From an uncultured Nitrososphaeraceae archaeon (lineage in GTDB: Archaea > Thermoproteota > Nitrososphaeria > Nitrososphaerales > Nitrososphaeraceae): DNA of 64,000 bases. Numbering within the stretch: the stretch's first letter is position 1; each line of letters opens with the position of its first letter. The stretch is taken from positions 9,901 to 73,900 of the forward strand of contig CAVXZB010000042.1 of the NCBI GenBank assembly GCA_963765895.1, given 5' to 3'. The position numbers and the translations under genes were made by a program. Under the pieces are notes generated by a model, which was given only the letters and a program-made list of their open reading frames with translations, was not told the origin of the DNA and did not search any database. This document shows, piece after piece, positions 11,382 to 23,056 of this stretch.

Positions 11382-12172
11382 CTGATGATGATCCGTTGCC
11401 CAATGTCTAATGGTAGTTAGATCAACTAAAACAAACATCGACCACTCGATCGATTGAAGACTATCAAAAGGATCTTACAAATGGGAAGTACAGCAGTTTC
11501 TGCGGGTTTTATCAGAAGATCATTTTATTATATAAGGAGGATGAGACAAGTGATTTACTTATCCCTTGTCACGTTAACACAAACAATATTATTTTTAATA
11601 TCTGTAATATTCAGAAATAACTAACATACATGAATAATTTTCCATGCAATTGTATACACTGGCGTTTTTGACGTGACATATGTACTTTCCCCTGAGGTAT
11701 GCTTAGGCCATTATTGAATAATGATGTCGCACAGCAATTACAGGTAGTGACAAGCTTATGAATCACCCTATATCTCAATATGGAATAGCAATACACGGTA
11801 GTTGAAGTCTACACCATACAAGATATAGTAATAATTATTACCAATATATCTGGTATCGCAATAATGTTAACATACATAACCTATATTTGGATAAATTGCT
11901 GGCCGGCAAAACACGCTATCGCTGAACAATACAATGACAATAATAACTGACAAGGGATAGATTATATAGTACGATATTTTTACAATGTTATAGTACTTTG
12001 GAAATTCAAATTTCGGAATTCATTTGTTAAAACGGGATAGACTTTGTCTCGACTGAACAACTACGTGGTTATGGCATAATTGACTACTACTGTAGAATTT
12101 ACTAACAATTATGATGTGTTTGATAAGCTCTGATGTATAAAAAAAAGGTTTACTAGTTAATTGCTATAGTTA

Positions 12173-12672
12173 CTAATTGGCTGCGACTTCTTTAGCTAAT
12201 GTATACACAGTTTGAGATGTTTTTGTTCTTGTCTTAAAATAGAATTGAGTGTAGTGAATATTTGTTTATTTTTATTTAATTTTACTTTTTTTGCTATGGC
12301 TGCGAGAACTTCATAGTGTGTCACTTCGCCACCTTCAGCAAGACACAAGAATTCTATTGCTTCAGATGAATCAGGATCTTGGCCAAGATAAGTTTTCATC
12401 ATCTCAGATGCTTTCTGTTCTGTTTCTTGAGCTGCTTCTTGTATTGTTGCAGAATCTAGTGATCCGGATAATTTCTGAACCAGCTGCTCAAGCTTTGATT
12501 GATGATTTCCTGCTTCCTTTTGCATATTCTTAAGCTTCGATAACATCCCTCTTTTATCTAGTAATCCCATTGAGGATAATTCTTGCACTGCCTTTTGCGC
12601 GGCCATTTCCAAACCTAGACATTCTCCTATCTTCTGTTCAAATTTTTCTTTTTTATCGTTTTGTTTCGACAT
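12173..12672 (-). CDS. ferritin-like (DUF892/YciF-like) protein, C-terminal frameshift
   Basis: four-helix pattern with LGLE, EAGNH, EGGEVTHY and EQKH ligands; ORF ends at 12196 but the shifted frame adds LAKEVAAN* to 12173. Confidence 0.7.
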
Positions 12673-12946
12673 GTCAAATGTAGTACAATATACATTTTAG
12701 AGATATCTATTGAACGACACTTGACAATACTAGAATGTCAGCAGGTGATGTTTAAGTACCATGCATGAAAGACTATTACTACCTTACTATCGATAAACAT
12801 ATGAAACGCGTGACTAACTTAGGTAAGACAGTTAAGAAATTGGAGTCTGAACGAGAATTGGTAAACACGAACAAGTAATTAACTTGCTAGTCACATCGAT
12901 TAGTACGAAAAAACAAAATCTATTTTATCACATATTATTTTTACGT

Positions 12947-13366
12947 TTATTTTAGATCTCTGATATTCTTGTAATTTTCTATAATCCTTATTCTTTCCTC
13001 AAAGCTGGGGCTATATTCACCTTTCTGGCCTGAAGGCGAGCTCTTAAAGGACTCTAATCCCTTTGTATATTCATCTCCTCTAGGTGATTCATCTCCATAT
13101 ACATGCTTTGAATGAACTTCTTCCTCATTTATCAAAAGCCACAGATGCTTTCCATCATATGCATCAGCAGTATACTTTGGAATCCAGAATTTGTCTTTCT
13201 TTATTGAACCCTTCTCTAAACGAATATAGTTATCAGATATATCTTTAATTTCTCCAATATCTTTTCCGTCATTTGTTATTACTTTTTTACCTTTAAGCAT
13301 GCTCCATAAAATGGTAGGACCTATCCTACTGCCACTTTCATCACCAACATCAGCATCTGAAGACAT
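12947..13366 (-). CDS. PRC-barrel domain protein
   Basis: LKGKKVITNDGKDIGEIKDI...FWIP...YDG; homologous to the repeats in 15911-17002. Confidence 0.8.
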   Translation of the reverse strand: MSSDADVGDESGSRIGPTILWSMLKGKKVITNDGKDIGEIKDISDNYIRLEKGSIKKDKFWIPKYTADAYDGKHLWLLINEEEVHSKHVYGDESPRGDEYTKGLESFKSSPSGQKGEYSPSFEERIRIIENYKNIRDLK

Positions 13367-14185
13367 TAATATACATGATCTTTATCGGAATTATGCCTAA
13401 TGAATGTTACATGTTTTTAAATCAAATTCTTATAATAAGGGTAAGTAGTAGATTTCCAACACCAGACAGATGTCATCTTAACTCCAGTCTGACGACAGTT
13501 GCGAAATTTATATAATATTAATATAATATAGTTATTTAATTCAATATTATTGCAACATCATTGAGTTACTTTCGTAAACCCAAAATCTAATAGGCTTCCT
13601 TTAACTAATTACTGCAATATGAGTATTACCAAGGAATACCGCTATATGATGTATCTATCTATCTATCTATCAATCTTTTATCATATCCTTTATTCATTAA
13701 ATGCCTCATGCGGATCTGGGGATGTGACGGAATTCTTACCATTGGCCGGTCGAAATTTGATAATGTCTTGAAATCTTGCTTTGTTTATTCTAACACTGAT
13801 AGTGTTTTTTCTGGACGACCTGTTGAATCCCAAAAGACTTTTGCAACTTTAATCTTTTCATAGGATTCAACTTAGAGTAACAGAAGTCTTTTTGCATTTC
13901 AGAAAAAATAAATCCTAACTTCTCGAATACGTCAATAGATTCTTCATTTAGTTTCCATGCGGTAGGTATAAAGACTTCAAATTCTATTTTTATGGCTTGA
14001 AATATTAAGACCAGCTCGGATTTCCTCTTCTGCGGCGGCTTTTGTTACAATGTGAAAATTTACGATGAATTGTTTCCAATCCATCAATACGTCAATACTA
14101 AGACAATTTGAATATAATGTTACTATTAATTTTATCATAAAATCTAAGGTCAACCATTAAATAATATTGTGCCTACAATCGGCAT

Positions 14186-14359
14186 ATGGTTTTAGGGTTG
14201 TTATGGAGTATAGTCATCATATTAGTGGTCATCATAGTCATAATTGTATTATTAAAGCTCGTCTTTGCTATTATAGCAATTGGCCCAGTTGCTATAGAAC
14301 AACAACAGGAGTTGCATACTATAACTTACATATTGGGACAAATACCGCTGAAATTGTGA
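14186..14359 (+). CDS. small single-pass membrane protein (57 aa), paralogue 1
   Basis: MVLGLLWSIVIILVVIIVIIVLLKLVFAIIAIGPVAIEQQQELHTITYILGQIPLKL*; clear paralogue at 17261. Confidence 0.8.
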   Translation: MVLGLLWSIVIILVVIIVIIVLLKLVFAIIAIGPVAIEQQQELHTITYILGQIPLKL

Positions 14360-14790
14360 CAGTATCATATTACTCCTATGCCGTTTTATTCACCTGAACA
14401 ATTTTCAAAATCTATGTACATCTTGTTGAGGTATCGCCGTAACGTTACAGGTTCTTACCTGGACTAGAAAACTATTATCTTAATCAAAATTAGATCTATT
14501 CTGTGCAAGTTCCTAACACATATCTTTATCACGAGGCTCAAAAACCTCGAATCGAGGTCTATATTGATCCCTCAAATTGGTATATATGTTCAAACTCAAT
14601 GATATGCTAATATGCTGCCAAGAGTACGTCTTTAATATTGAAGTTATAAAGCCTGCAAATATTAATCCAGAAATACACTATAACAGACTATTCTATAGCA
14701 AATAATTAAGTTGGTTTCATAGTTGAAATTATTCCCTGTGCTCGTAACACGTTTTATACCCTTGGATCCATGTTTGTTTTATATTCTCGA

Positions 14791-14949
14791 TCAGATTCTC
14801 GAGCTCATAATGTCATTTAGATCATTTATGTTTTTCACACTTATATCAAGTGATTGAAGCTCATCTATTAGCCTTCCAATAAAAACCATCTCCTTACATC
14901 CATTGCAATGCGGCTTTTCCAACCAATAATGCAGATAGCCAAAATTCAT
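14791..14949 (-). CDS. small CxxC protein (52 aa)
   Basis: MNFGYLHYWLEKPHCNGCKEMVFIGRLIDELQSLD... Confidence 0.35.
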   Translation of the reverse strand: MNFGYLHYWLEKPHCNGCKEMVFIGRLIDELQSLDISVKNINDLNDIMSSRI

Positions 14950-15302
14950 TTGATAGAGTTAGAGAATACACTAAATATCTTTATTTTGAGCAGGGGTATA
15001 AAATATTCATCCTATACTATTTAACAACTTAATTCTTGGCGTCATGTTTTCAATTGATCTAACTGACTTGTACAAGTCTAATCGCCTACTGAATGTATTT
15101 AATTACCAGATAAATAAAAGAACGATTATAGCTTAGCTTAGTTTTTACTTAAACGTAGTTACAGCCACATTTAATCAATATTTATATCGCTTGACACTCT
15201 TTCATTTACAATTAAACCTGTTTCAGGTCTTCGGCTCAATCCTTCCTATACTTAATAACCTATCACTGATATCAATCCTTATCCTGCTAAGCCATGAAAT
15301 AA

Positions 15303-15443
15303 CTACGACTCTTCAATTCTAGTCGGTGGGAGGCTACCTGGATGACAATCACATTGACATTTTGGATATTCATAGTCATCTTTTTGTTCGACTGGGCATT
15401 CCTCATGCTGTCCATCTTCACAAGATTTTGAAATCCTGGCCAT
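15303..15443 (-). CDS. Cys/His-rich metal-binding microprotein (46 aa)
   Basis: MARISKSCEDGQHEECPVEQKDDYEYPKCQCDCHPGSLPPTRIEES*. Confidence 0.65.
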   Translation of the reverse strand: MARISKSCEDGQHEECPVEQKDDYEYPKCQCDCHPGSLPPTRIEES

Positions 15444-15910
15444 ATTTAACAAATGCATTCTATTCTATTTATACGGTTACTGTGAACGAGCTATAAACTC
15501 CTCTTGTAATATTTTTCTTCCAACACAACTTTTAACTGCAGGATTTAATATGACGAGAGAACCTGGTCTGACCAAAGTTTTTTCTATGAAAAGCACTTTA
15601 AAAGACAAGATGAAGGTTGAGTGTAAGCACTGAAGACAAGTAGTGTTTAGGCATACATAACGAATAATATAGCCCGTATGTCCGAAATTAGGCAGAACGG
15701 GTTAGTTGTTTTGCCATACTTTCTCTAGATCATCTCGATGTACACTGCTGCATTTGATGCACTAGTTGAGCCATATTATTTAACAATATTTGACGATGTC
15801 GGATAATTTAATGATATGGTTTTTCGCGGGCAGATAATTCGGTGTTATAAAACCTTTCCCGTAACTGATAAATCCTATATGGTGAAGTAATGGATTGGTA
15901 AGGAAAAATA

Positions 15911-17002
15911 TTGTCCGATATAATTTCATGGGATAAAGCTATTGACAAAAAAGTCAAGTCTAAAGACGATAAGGATCTGGGTAAAATTCAATCTATAACC
16001 AATGAATATATTCAGACAAAGGATGGAACAATAAGTAAGAATTATTATTATATTCCCAAATACTATATGGAAGGATATGATGGAGATCATCTATGGGTAT
16101 CTCTTACAAAGGATGAAGTAAAGACTAGATTTGAAAAAGAAAATGCTCCTTCTTCAGTAGAATTTGAAACACCAGAATATAATGAAAGACGAACCACGGT
16201 ACAAAAACAGTATCCAGATTTTGCCACTAATATTCCCAGCTATACAACGACAGGTAGTAGTAGCGCTGCTCCAAGTTCACAAGGAAAACAACAACAACAA
16301 CAACAACAAGAAAATATGGTAGGCATGAGTTGGGATAATGTCATTGATAAAGAAGTCAAATCTGCAGATAAACAAGATTTAGGCAAAGTCGAAAGTATAG
16401 CTAAACACTATGTTGAAATAAAAGAGGGAACAATATCAAAAAAACATTACTTTATTCCAAAATACTATATCCAAGGATACGATGGACACAAGTTATGGGT
16501 TTCACTAACAAAAGATGAAATTAAACACAAGTATGAAAGAGAAAATCCTCCACTAGAATCAGAGTTTGAAACATCAGAATATCTAGAACATAAACGACAG
16601 ATGGATACCCAATATCCTCAATTCTTACATGGTATCCCATGGATGGCCAAAGAACCCGGAGTGGCATTACAGACACCTGTTACACATGAGCCGCTACACA
16701 TAGCCTGGGAACAGGTGGTACACAAGCGTGTCATGACAAGTGATACTATTGATATAGGTGATGTTGACCAAGTTGGAAATGGATTCATTGTAGTAAGACA
16801 GGGAGTAGCAAAGTCAACTCTATACTATATCCCTAAATCCTATATTGACAACTACGATGGGAGTTGCTTGTACGTAGCGGTACCAAGTGGATTAGTTGCT
16901 GCCAAGTTTGCAAGAGATACTGACCCTACACCAGAAGAGTTGGAAAGATTAGGACAAGAAAAGCCTGGTAAATCTACTGCTGGAAGTACTGTAACAGAGT
17001 AG
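15911..17002 (+). CDS. triple PRC-barrel repeat protein with polyQ linker
   Basis: three repeats of W..(V/A)...K.V.(S/T).D..D(L/I)G...Y(Y/F)IPK.Y...YDG..L; (caa)n tract near 16289-16309. Confidence 0.85.
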   Translation: MSDIISWDKAIDKKVKSKDDKDLGKIQSITNEYIQTKDGTISKNYYYIPKYYMEGYDGDHLWVSLTKDEVKTRFEKENAPSSVEFETPEYNERRTTVQKQYPDFATNIPSYTTTGSSSAAPSSQGKQQQQQQQENMVGMSWDNVIDKEVKSADKQDLGKVESIAKHYVEIKEGTISKKHYFIPKYYIQGYDGHKLWVSLTKDEIKHKYERENPPLESEFETSEYLEHKRQMDTQYPQFLHGIPWMAKEPGVALQTPVTHEPLHIAWEQVVHKRVMTSDTIDIGDVDQVGNGFIVVRQGVAKSTLYYIPKSYIDNYDGSCLYVAVPSGLVAAKFARDTDPTPEELERLGQEKPGKSTAGSTVTE

Positions 17003-17260
17003 CCTACTGGTTACGTTACCAGAGGTAAAGTAAAATTGCGTAAACTTTTTTTACTAAAACATTACACCTTCAAATATAGATATGATGTCAATAGGTATAT
17101 ACGATATGAGGATTGTATTATTCCTGTCACAGGACATGGAATACGAACGCTCTGAAATATCCAATAATCTTTTTGAAGATAATATAAAATAATGTTACTT
17201 TCATTTTCATCATAAAATTGAATGGCTAATCGCTAAATACTATTGTGCTCAAGATAGGAT

Positions 17261-17440
17261 ATGGTGTTAGGTATGTTATGGACCATCGTAACCATAATAG
17301 TAGTTATAATTATCATAATAGTCCTACTGAAGGTAGTCTTTGCAATAATAGCAATCGGTCCTCTCGCAATAGAACAACAACAGCAAGAATTACACATAAT
17401 GACTAATATGTTAACACATACGTTGCCGAGATTCTGGTAG
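17261..17440 (+). CDS. small single-pass membrane protein (59 aa), paralogue 2
   Basis: MVLGMLWTIVTIIVVIIIIIVLLKVVFAIIAIGPLAIEQQQQELHIMTNMLTHTLPRFW*. Confidence 0.8.
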   Translation: MVLGMLWTIVTIIVVIIIIIVLLKVVFAIIAIGPLAIEQQQQELHIMTNMLTHTLPRFW

Positions 17441-17565
17441 TTAGACTTTACGGTAGGTAAGACTATATAAGGAGGAAATTACTGGCTATGTCTCTAATAT
17501 TATCTCAAAACTAAAGATATTAAATATAGTTGTACATTAAATAATAGTTTGCACACCAAATAATA

Positions 17566-17676
17566 ATGACTAGGATGATCTCTAATTGGTTCGTGGCTTT
17601 AGGATTTCTTTGGGTTATGCTGGCAAGTGCCAGTGTGGCTACCACATTTCTTGGTGCTATTTTGTCAGCAGGATAG
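17566..17676 (+). CDS. small hydrophobic peptide (36 aa)
   Basis: MTRMISNWFVALGFLWVMLASASVATTFLGAILSAG*. Confidence 0.4.
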   Translation: MTRMISNWFVALGFLWVMLASASVATTFLGAILSAG

Positions 17677-18081
17677 ACGAGCCACACTCTACGAAATCAG
17701 GTTAAGTTTAATTCTTGATATTATGTCTTATATTTTTGTAATCCAGTAAATAAAGGTCTGTAAAGTAGGACTAATTGCATTTAAATGCTCTATCTTATAG
17801 TCACAATATTCGTAACCTTCTCCAAAGATTCAAAAAGATCTAGGCTAATTATAATTTGATTAAAAAGCTTCACAAGTCTATGGCTGAGAGCAATAATGGG
17901 GATAAACTCGATCCTAACAATATTAAACATGTCATAATCAATATACCTCAGATTATTCTTGAATGTTATGGTAATGGGATAGATAGTATCTGCACCTGTT
18001 AATCGCATGGATAATTAGAATAGAACAATTCAACTACCAATTTATATCAAGGACCATTATTTTTAACAATATACAAAATAA

Positions 18082-19053
18082 ATGCAGACTAGTATTGCAT
18101 ATAATGACAATGAAGTAAAACAATCTGGTACCAAAGAAGATATCAATAAGGGTTACAAGCTTTGGCTCGATGTAGTTGACCCAACATCATCTGAAATACA
18201 GGATATACAACAGATGTATGGTTTAGATAAAAATACTTTAGAAATATTTACCAGTAAATCAAAGAAGCCACAAATTCGTATGTCAAATGCTCAAATATTT
18301 ACATTGATTCTAGATATAAAGTATAAAGATCTTAGGACACTAGCAACGGAAGCGTTGTATATATTCAAAGGTAAAGACTGGTTGATAACTATTCATTCTT
18401 CTAAGGTGGACCTGATACCAAATGTAAATGCGTTGTTTGAGCAAAAGAACGTAAGAATTATGGAGGCGACTATTGATGCCCTTTATTATAGTATTATGAC
18501 CGAAGTTATAGGCAAATACGAACAATTATTGACATCGATCGAGATGACAGTAACTAATTTTGAACAAAAGTCATTGTATAAACCATCCCGAAAGATGCTT
18601 GATTATCTTGATACACTGTCTCGGCAAATAATAATTCTAAGAAGACACTTCTGGCATACTAGAGACATTATTAACTATTTGAAGCATATGGAAAAGGACA
18701 CTGAAGAAATAATGTATATTGAGATTGCTTACGATAACATAACTCAATTAATAGAATTAGTAGAATCATATCGTGATACTTTAAATTCTACTAGGGATTT
18801 ATACATTGCAAATGTGTCTTTACAGATGAATGATACAATGAGGCTTTTGACACTATTTTCAGCAATATTGTTACCATTAAGCTTTATTGTCGGTTTATTT
18901 GGCATGAACGGAATTGATCTAAACGATCTCAGTCATATTTCTGTCGGCGTAATAACAGTTGCAATAGTCATGAGTGCAATAGTTCTAGTTATGTTCTTGT
19001 ATTTTAAGAAGAAAGAATGGATCTTGCACAAGGAACAAAATATTGATCAGTAG
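18082..19053 (+). CDS. corA: CorA family Mg2+/Co2+ transporter
   Basis: MNDTMRLLT...GLFGMN signature, two C-terminal TM helices, basic KKK tail. Confidence 0.95.
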   Translation: MQTSIAYNDNEVKQSGTKEDINKGYKLWLDVVDPTSSEIQDIQQMYGLDKNTLEIFTSKSKKPQIRMSNAQIFTLILDIKYKDLRTLATEALYIFKGKDWLITIHSSKVDLIPNVNALFEQKNVRIMEATIDALYYSIMTEVIGKYEQLLTSIEMTVTNFEQKSLYKPSRKMLDYLDTLSRQIIILRRHFWHTRDIINYLKHMEKDTEEIMYIEIAYDNITQLIELVESYRDTLNSTRDLYIANVSLQMNDTMRLLTLFSAILLPLSFIVGLFGMNGIDLNDLSHISVGVITVAIVMSAIVLVMFLYFKKKEWILHKEQNIDQ

Positions 19054-19061
19054 TGATTATA

Positions 19062-19094
19062 GAGCGACATAGTCAGAGCAACGATATGTCGCTC
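19062..19094 (+). terminator. stem-loop immediately after the corA stop
   Basis: perfect 10-bp stem gagcgacata/tatgtcgctc. Confidence 0.4.
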
Positions 19095-19273
19095 AACTTT
19101 GCTAGTGGTAATTCATCTATTTTGGCCACTGCGTATGTACGATCTTGCCTTCATTTATTACTGTCTCAATCTTGTTTGTATTATATTTCTAGTGAGATTT
19201 AGTACTAAACTATTTGTTGTGTTTTGAAGATACGAGAGAATTTTTGTTTCGGTCAAAATATTTGACTGCGTTA

Positions 19274-19400
19274 CTTACATTGTCTATCTTGTTACCATCA
19301 ATAACGATAGCTGAATTATGCACTGAAGATTTGGTAGTGCTATCTTTTAGGCCAGCTCACTCAAGAATTGTAATTCTTTTTTGTTGTATGTGTTGTTATA
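19274..19400 (-). repeat. partial, internally deleted copy of the dispersed non-coding repeat
   Basis: cttacattgtctatcttgttaccatcaataacgatagctgaattatgcactg aligns to the reverse complement of 33740-33787 (ctttacattcactaattgctactatctatagatatctgaatttgtactg); ttttag..agctca and ttgtatgtgt follow in the same order. Confidence 0.55.
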
Positions 19401-19611
19401 ATATATAGGAAATTCTTTACTTGTGTGTTATAGTCCCAGAAGCATCTAGCAGGCCTCATGTCTCAGAATAGTTACTAGTATACCACTGTTTAGAAGGGAT
19501 ACCACTAGAGTAAAGGCTGCAAAGTCATAGATAGTATTACGAAAGAGTTTACCCATTGGCATCTTCTGCTTTTTCATCAGATATATCGACCTATCAAAAA
19601 TTTCGAATATT

Positions 19612-19797
19612 TCAACAGAGGATTATATTAGTAGGCTGTATCTCAAAGTCCCCACAATAAGGACAATATCTAGGCCTACTTTTAGTTGAAATATTGATTA
19701 CCTGAAATTTAATTTTACAATGATTGCAAGAAAATGTTATTGCATTCATTATACCAAAACATATTGGCAAGTATAGTAATAAAGATTGATATTCCAC
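19612..19797 (-). CDS. small zinc-ribbon protein
   Basis: CNHC...CPYCG; true start is probably the internal MNAITF. Confidence 0.6.
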   Translation of the reverse strand: MEYQSLLLYLPICFGIMNAITFSCNHCKIKFQVINISTKSRPRYCPYCGDFEIQPTNIILC

Positions 19798-20120
19798 ATA
19801 GCATTTAAATAATTTTTAAATTAGAAACCAGATATTATCTGGTGTTCAAAAATTGATGGATTGGATGAATCAGCACATTCTTCAAATATACCTGACTCAA
19901 GGATTCAAACCCTTTACTACATTATCTATTATAAAGAACAAGTTCAGATGATTCAGCTCCTGCATCTGTCTATTGAATAGAAATTAAAAATTCTATAATA
20001 ATACAATTAGATTGTCGTGGGTAGACTCATATACTAGTCAATGTCGACCTGACCATAGAGAATAAAATGCTTATCGGACTAATGTTTTAAAGAGCTCAAA
20101 AAATAGGAGGAAAAATAAAT

Positions 20121-20315
20121 TTAAGAACTTTTTATGAGTTTGCGGAAATGATCTTTATTTTTGGATACTTCTTCGTCCCAAGTCTGCTCATTATATCCAT
20201 GGACTTCGACACCGTGCTTTTTTGCATTTTGTAATAACTCTTCTTCGGTTTCACCATACATAGTATGTGTACAAACGGGATCGCCCGCATCCTTACAGTT
20301 CAAGCTTAGAGTCAT
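20121..20315 (-). CDS. DUF1059 family small metal-binding protein
   Basis: C-K-D-A-G..C......ETEEELL....KHG.EVHG motif. Confidence 0.85.
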   Translation of the reverse strand: MTLSLNCKDAGDPVCTHTMYGETEEELLQNAKKHGVEVHGYNEQTWDEEVSKNKDHFRKLIKSS

Positions 20316-20374
20316 TAAAGAGTAATAATCTATCCAGGAGTTAAGCTTTACGCTTTGTGGGAGAACTATACAGT

Positions 20375-20578
20375 TTAGTGTTGTACCTGAGTTCCGTCGA
20401 CTCTTCCAAAGAAAGATAAAGGCATGATCCCTCGAGCTTTTAGTTGCCGAGGGGCAGACAAGAGGTCGTTAATTCCTGTCACCTCAAAGGCCGCATGAAG
20501 AGTCATATCTATTGGTGGTGCAGTATCAACTGACCATGCATAGCTTCTAATGTCTAGAAGAATAATAAGAAGGGTCAC
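20375..20578 (-). pseudogene. fragment of a VOC/glyoxalase-family gene
   Basis: LHAAFEV...DLL.AP.QLKARGIMPLSFFG resembles the second VOC half; lacks the DPDG C-terminus and the N-terminus. Confidence 0.5.
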
Positions 20579-20765
20579 CTATTCAGAAGAAAGCAGTACC
20601 ACTCTCAGGTGCCTTAAAGTGAGATAACGGCCTACTACATCACGGTAGAAGATGATAGACAGATATCTGAAGATTACTTACAGTCAGATGCGCCTTAAAA
20701 AATTCGCATAGTGGAACAAGTCTATTTCTTGTAATATACTCATACCAAGTACTTAAGCTCGTTTG

Positions 20766-21362
20766 TCATTTCTGTGTCTTAAATGACTTTAGCCATTCCA
20801 TATATAACTGAGTTAGCTTGGGTGAGGAATCCTTAATCATTGTAAGTATTTTATGATGAAACAGTATACGTGCTAATACTAAATCGTATTCAAATGACAA
20901 ATAATTCAAATATGATTCAACAATTTTATTTGCTACTTCAATTACTGGAATAATTTGTTCTTTGGAGACTATGCCATTTTTAGAATACTCTTCAATCAAA
21001 TCCACCTGATTTTTCACCAAACTATTACAAGAGCCTAGCATGTCATATTGCAGATTTGCAGTGGCCTGTAGATATTCAAACTGCTTTTTATTTATCTTGC
21101 TATATATCATAGAACAGGTTTTAGAAAATGTTTGCAAAGCATCTTCCTTACTATCAACGGTATTATTCTGATCATCACTAATTGCTGTCGACAAATGTAT
21201 TTTACTCTCATACATTTGCATTTCCATCAAAAAAACCTTTACATTAATTAGCTTACAGAGTAAATCTGTCAGATGACCTAAACCATATGATACCTTCATC
21301 AAGCGAGTTTGTTGTTGACACATTTCTGATATTCTTGCAGATATAATTGTCATAGTTATCAA
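20766..21362 (-). CDS. hypothetical helical protein (start probably near 21226)
   Basis: long ORF with amphipathic helical composition. Confidence 0.55.
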   Translation of the reverse strand: MITMTIISARISEMCQQQTRLMKVSYGLGHLTDLLCKLINVKVFLMEMQMYESKIHLSTAISDDQNNTVDSKEDALQTFSKTCSMIYSKINKKQFEYLQATANLQYDMLGSCNSLVKNQVDLIEEYSKNGIVSKEQIIPVIEVANKIVESYLNYLSFEYDLVLARILFHHKILTMIKDSSPKLTQLYMEWLKSFKTQK

Positions 21363-21542
21363 TCATCCTTTCTTACCATAAGTACACATAAGTTCTAGAT
21401 ATAATCTGTCATCCACCACAATTAAATAGATAAAATTTGTTCATTTCTATTTGTTATTACTTGATTAGTCTATTCGTTATTTCTATCTACATTTAGACGC
21501 AATGAACATGATGTTATTTATCTTTATGATTTACTTTCATGC

Positions 21543-21758
21543 CTAATGCAAATTACAATTGGAGGAAATATGCCCAATTTGGATACCGGGACGGCAGGAC
21601 TCATCTTTGCAGGCACAATATGCACTCTCTAAAATGATTGGAGAATTTGCGTCCTTGCAGACAGTAAGAAGACAGGTAGTGGCGACGCCAACTGACTTTT
21701 AACAATAGACATCAGTCTGTCTAAAAAATGCATAGTTCGAATTATCCTTCATCGTCAT
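21543..21758 (-). pseudogene. Cys-rich small protein with internal TAA
   Basis: MTMKDNSNYAFFRQTDVYC*KSVGVATTCLLTVCKD...YCACKDESC...CNLH*. Confidence 0.35.
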
Positions 21759-22111
21759 ATAGTTACAGGGCTTTCCATCACCAGTGAACTAATAAATAAT
21801 AGACAATAAAAATAATCTAACCATTTATTAATCAATTGAGGTACAGGTATACTTAGCTTCTGAACCCCGTGGTTTTCGAGATGCGAATTTCATCCTTTGT
21901 CAAACTGATAGCTGCCTCCATAGTATATGTACGAGAATTAGGTCTTGATAAGAGAACATACTCATCAGATGATTTACTATACATATCCACATCATTGCTA
22001 AAGCTAAACTATTAGCTGGGTAGCGAATAATATACAAAAAGGATGAATAAAGCTAACCCTTATCGACAATCTAACAATTAATAAATATCATTAGCTATAA
22101 TATTCAGCAAG

Positions 22112-22336
22112 ATGAAGTTTATAATAGAAGGTCAACACAGGGATCATGAATTCAAGCTAGTAGGATCTGTTAATGGATTTCATCTGGAATTGAATAATCG
22201 TGTCATATTGTACGCGGACAACATAGAAAAAGATGGATGTGTAACAATTGACGAATCAGCCTTTTACAAGATGGACTCAATTAATAAGAAATCGCATGAT
22301 TACCATATTAAGGATTTACAAACATACGGTAATTAA
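22112..22336 (+). CDS. hypothetical protein
   Basis: 74-aa ORF with ATG start. Confidence 0.6.
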   Translation: MKFIIEGQHRDHEFKLVGSVNGFHLELNNRVILYADNIEKDGCVTIDESAFYKMDSINKKSHDYHIKDLQTYGN

Positions 22337-23056
22337 TTAAGATAAGCCTGTACCATTTACTGTTAGCGTTAACACGAAATATGAATAACCGCTCGCTTAG
22401 TCTTGAAAATAATAATTAATATATTCTAACTTTTCATGTTCAAGCCATTATGGGGTAAAGGATTATTGAGTCATTTGATGAGAATATTTTTAAAAAATAT
22501 GCGTACAGATTATAAATATCATAAGATCCATGGACTAGACAGTTGATCTTACAACTCACTTCATTAGGAACCGATGACCAATTGATCAATAAATAAATGA
22601 ATAAAAGACCAACTTCCATAAACGTATTGGTATGTACTTCGGCTTTCTTGATGTATATATGAACGCATGAAAGATTTACTAGAAATATTATTCTAATTTT
22701 AATGCGGTTGCTACTAGAATCAGATTTGATATGTTATAATAGGATATGTTAATTACATATGGATCCTCTTCATGCCTTCGCCAGCCTCAAGATTAATTTC
22801 TATAATCCATTAATTTTTGATAAGCCCAAACGGAATTTTTCTGTTATAGGTGGTCCGGAAACAAATAAAAATATGAAAATATATTTTTTCAGCCCAAGAA
22901 AATCGATTATGGAATATTATTATATACTTTCGTCATTACTGGCCCCTTGTTTATTACTAAACATAAACAAATGAAGAACTCTTAAAGCATATAGGAAGTA
23001 ATGTGTAGTGGCCGTGAAAATTATTAATCGGTATGCCTATCAGATAAGTAAAGAAG

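Noticed and set aside
13660-14090. Degraded minus-strand coding remnant
   Set aside because: Protein-like pieces in several frames but no recognisable family
14167-14397. 76-aa ORF from the track
   Set aside because: The overlapping frame 14186-14359 has a clear paralogue and is the real gene
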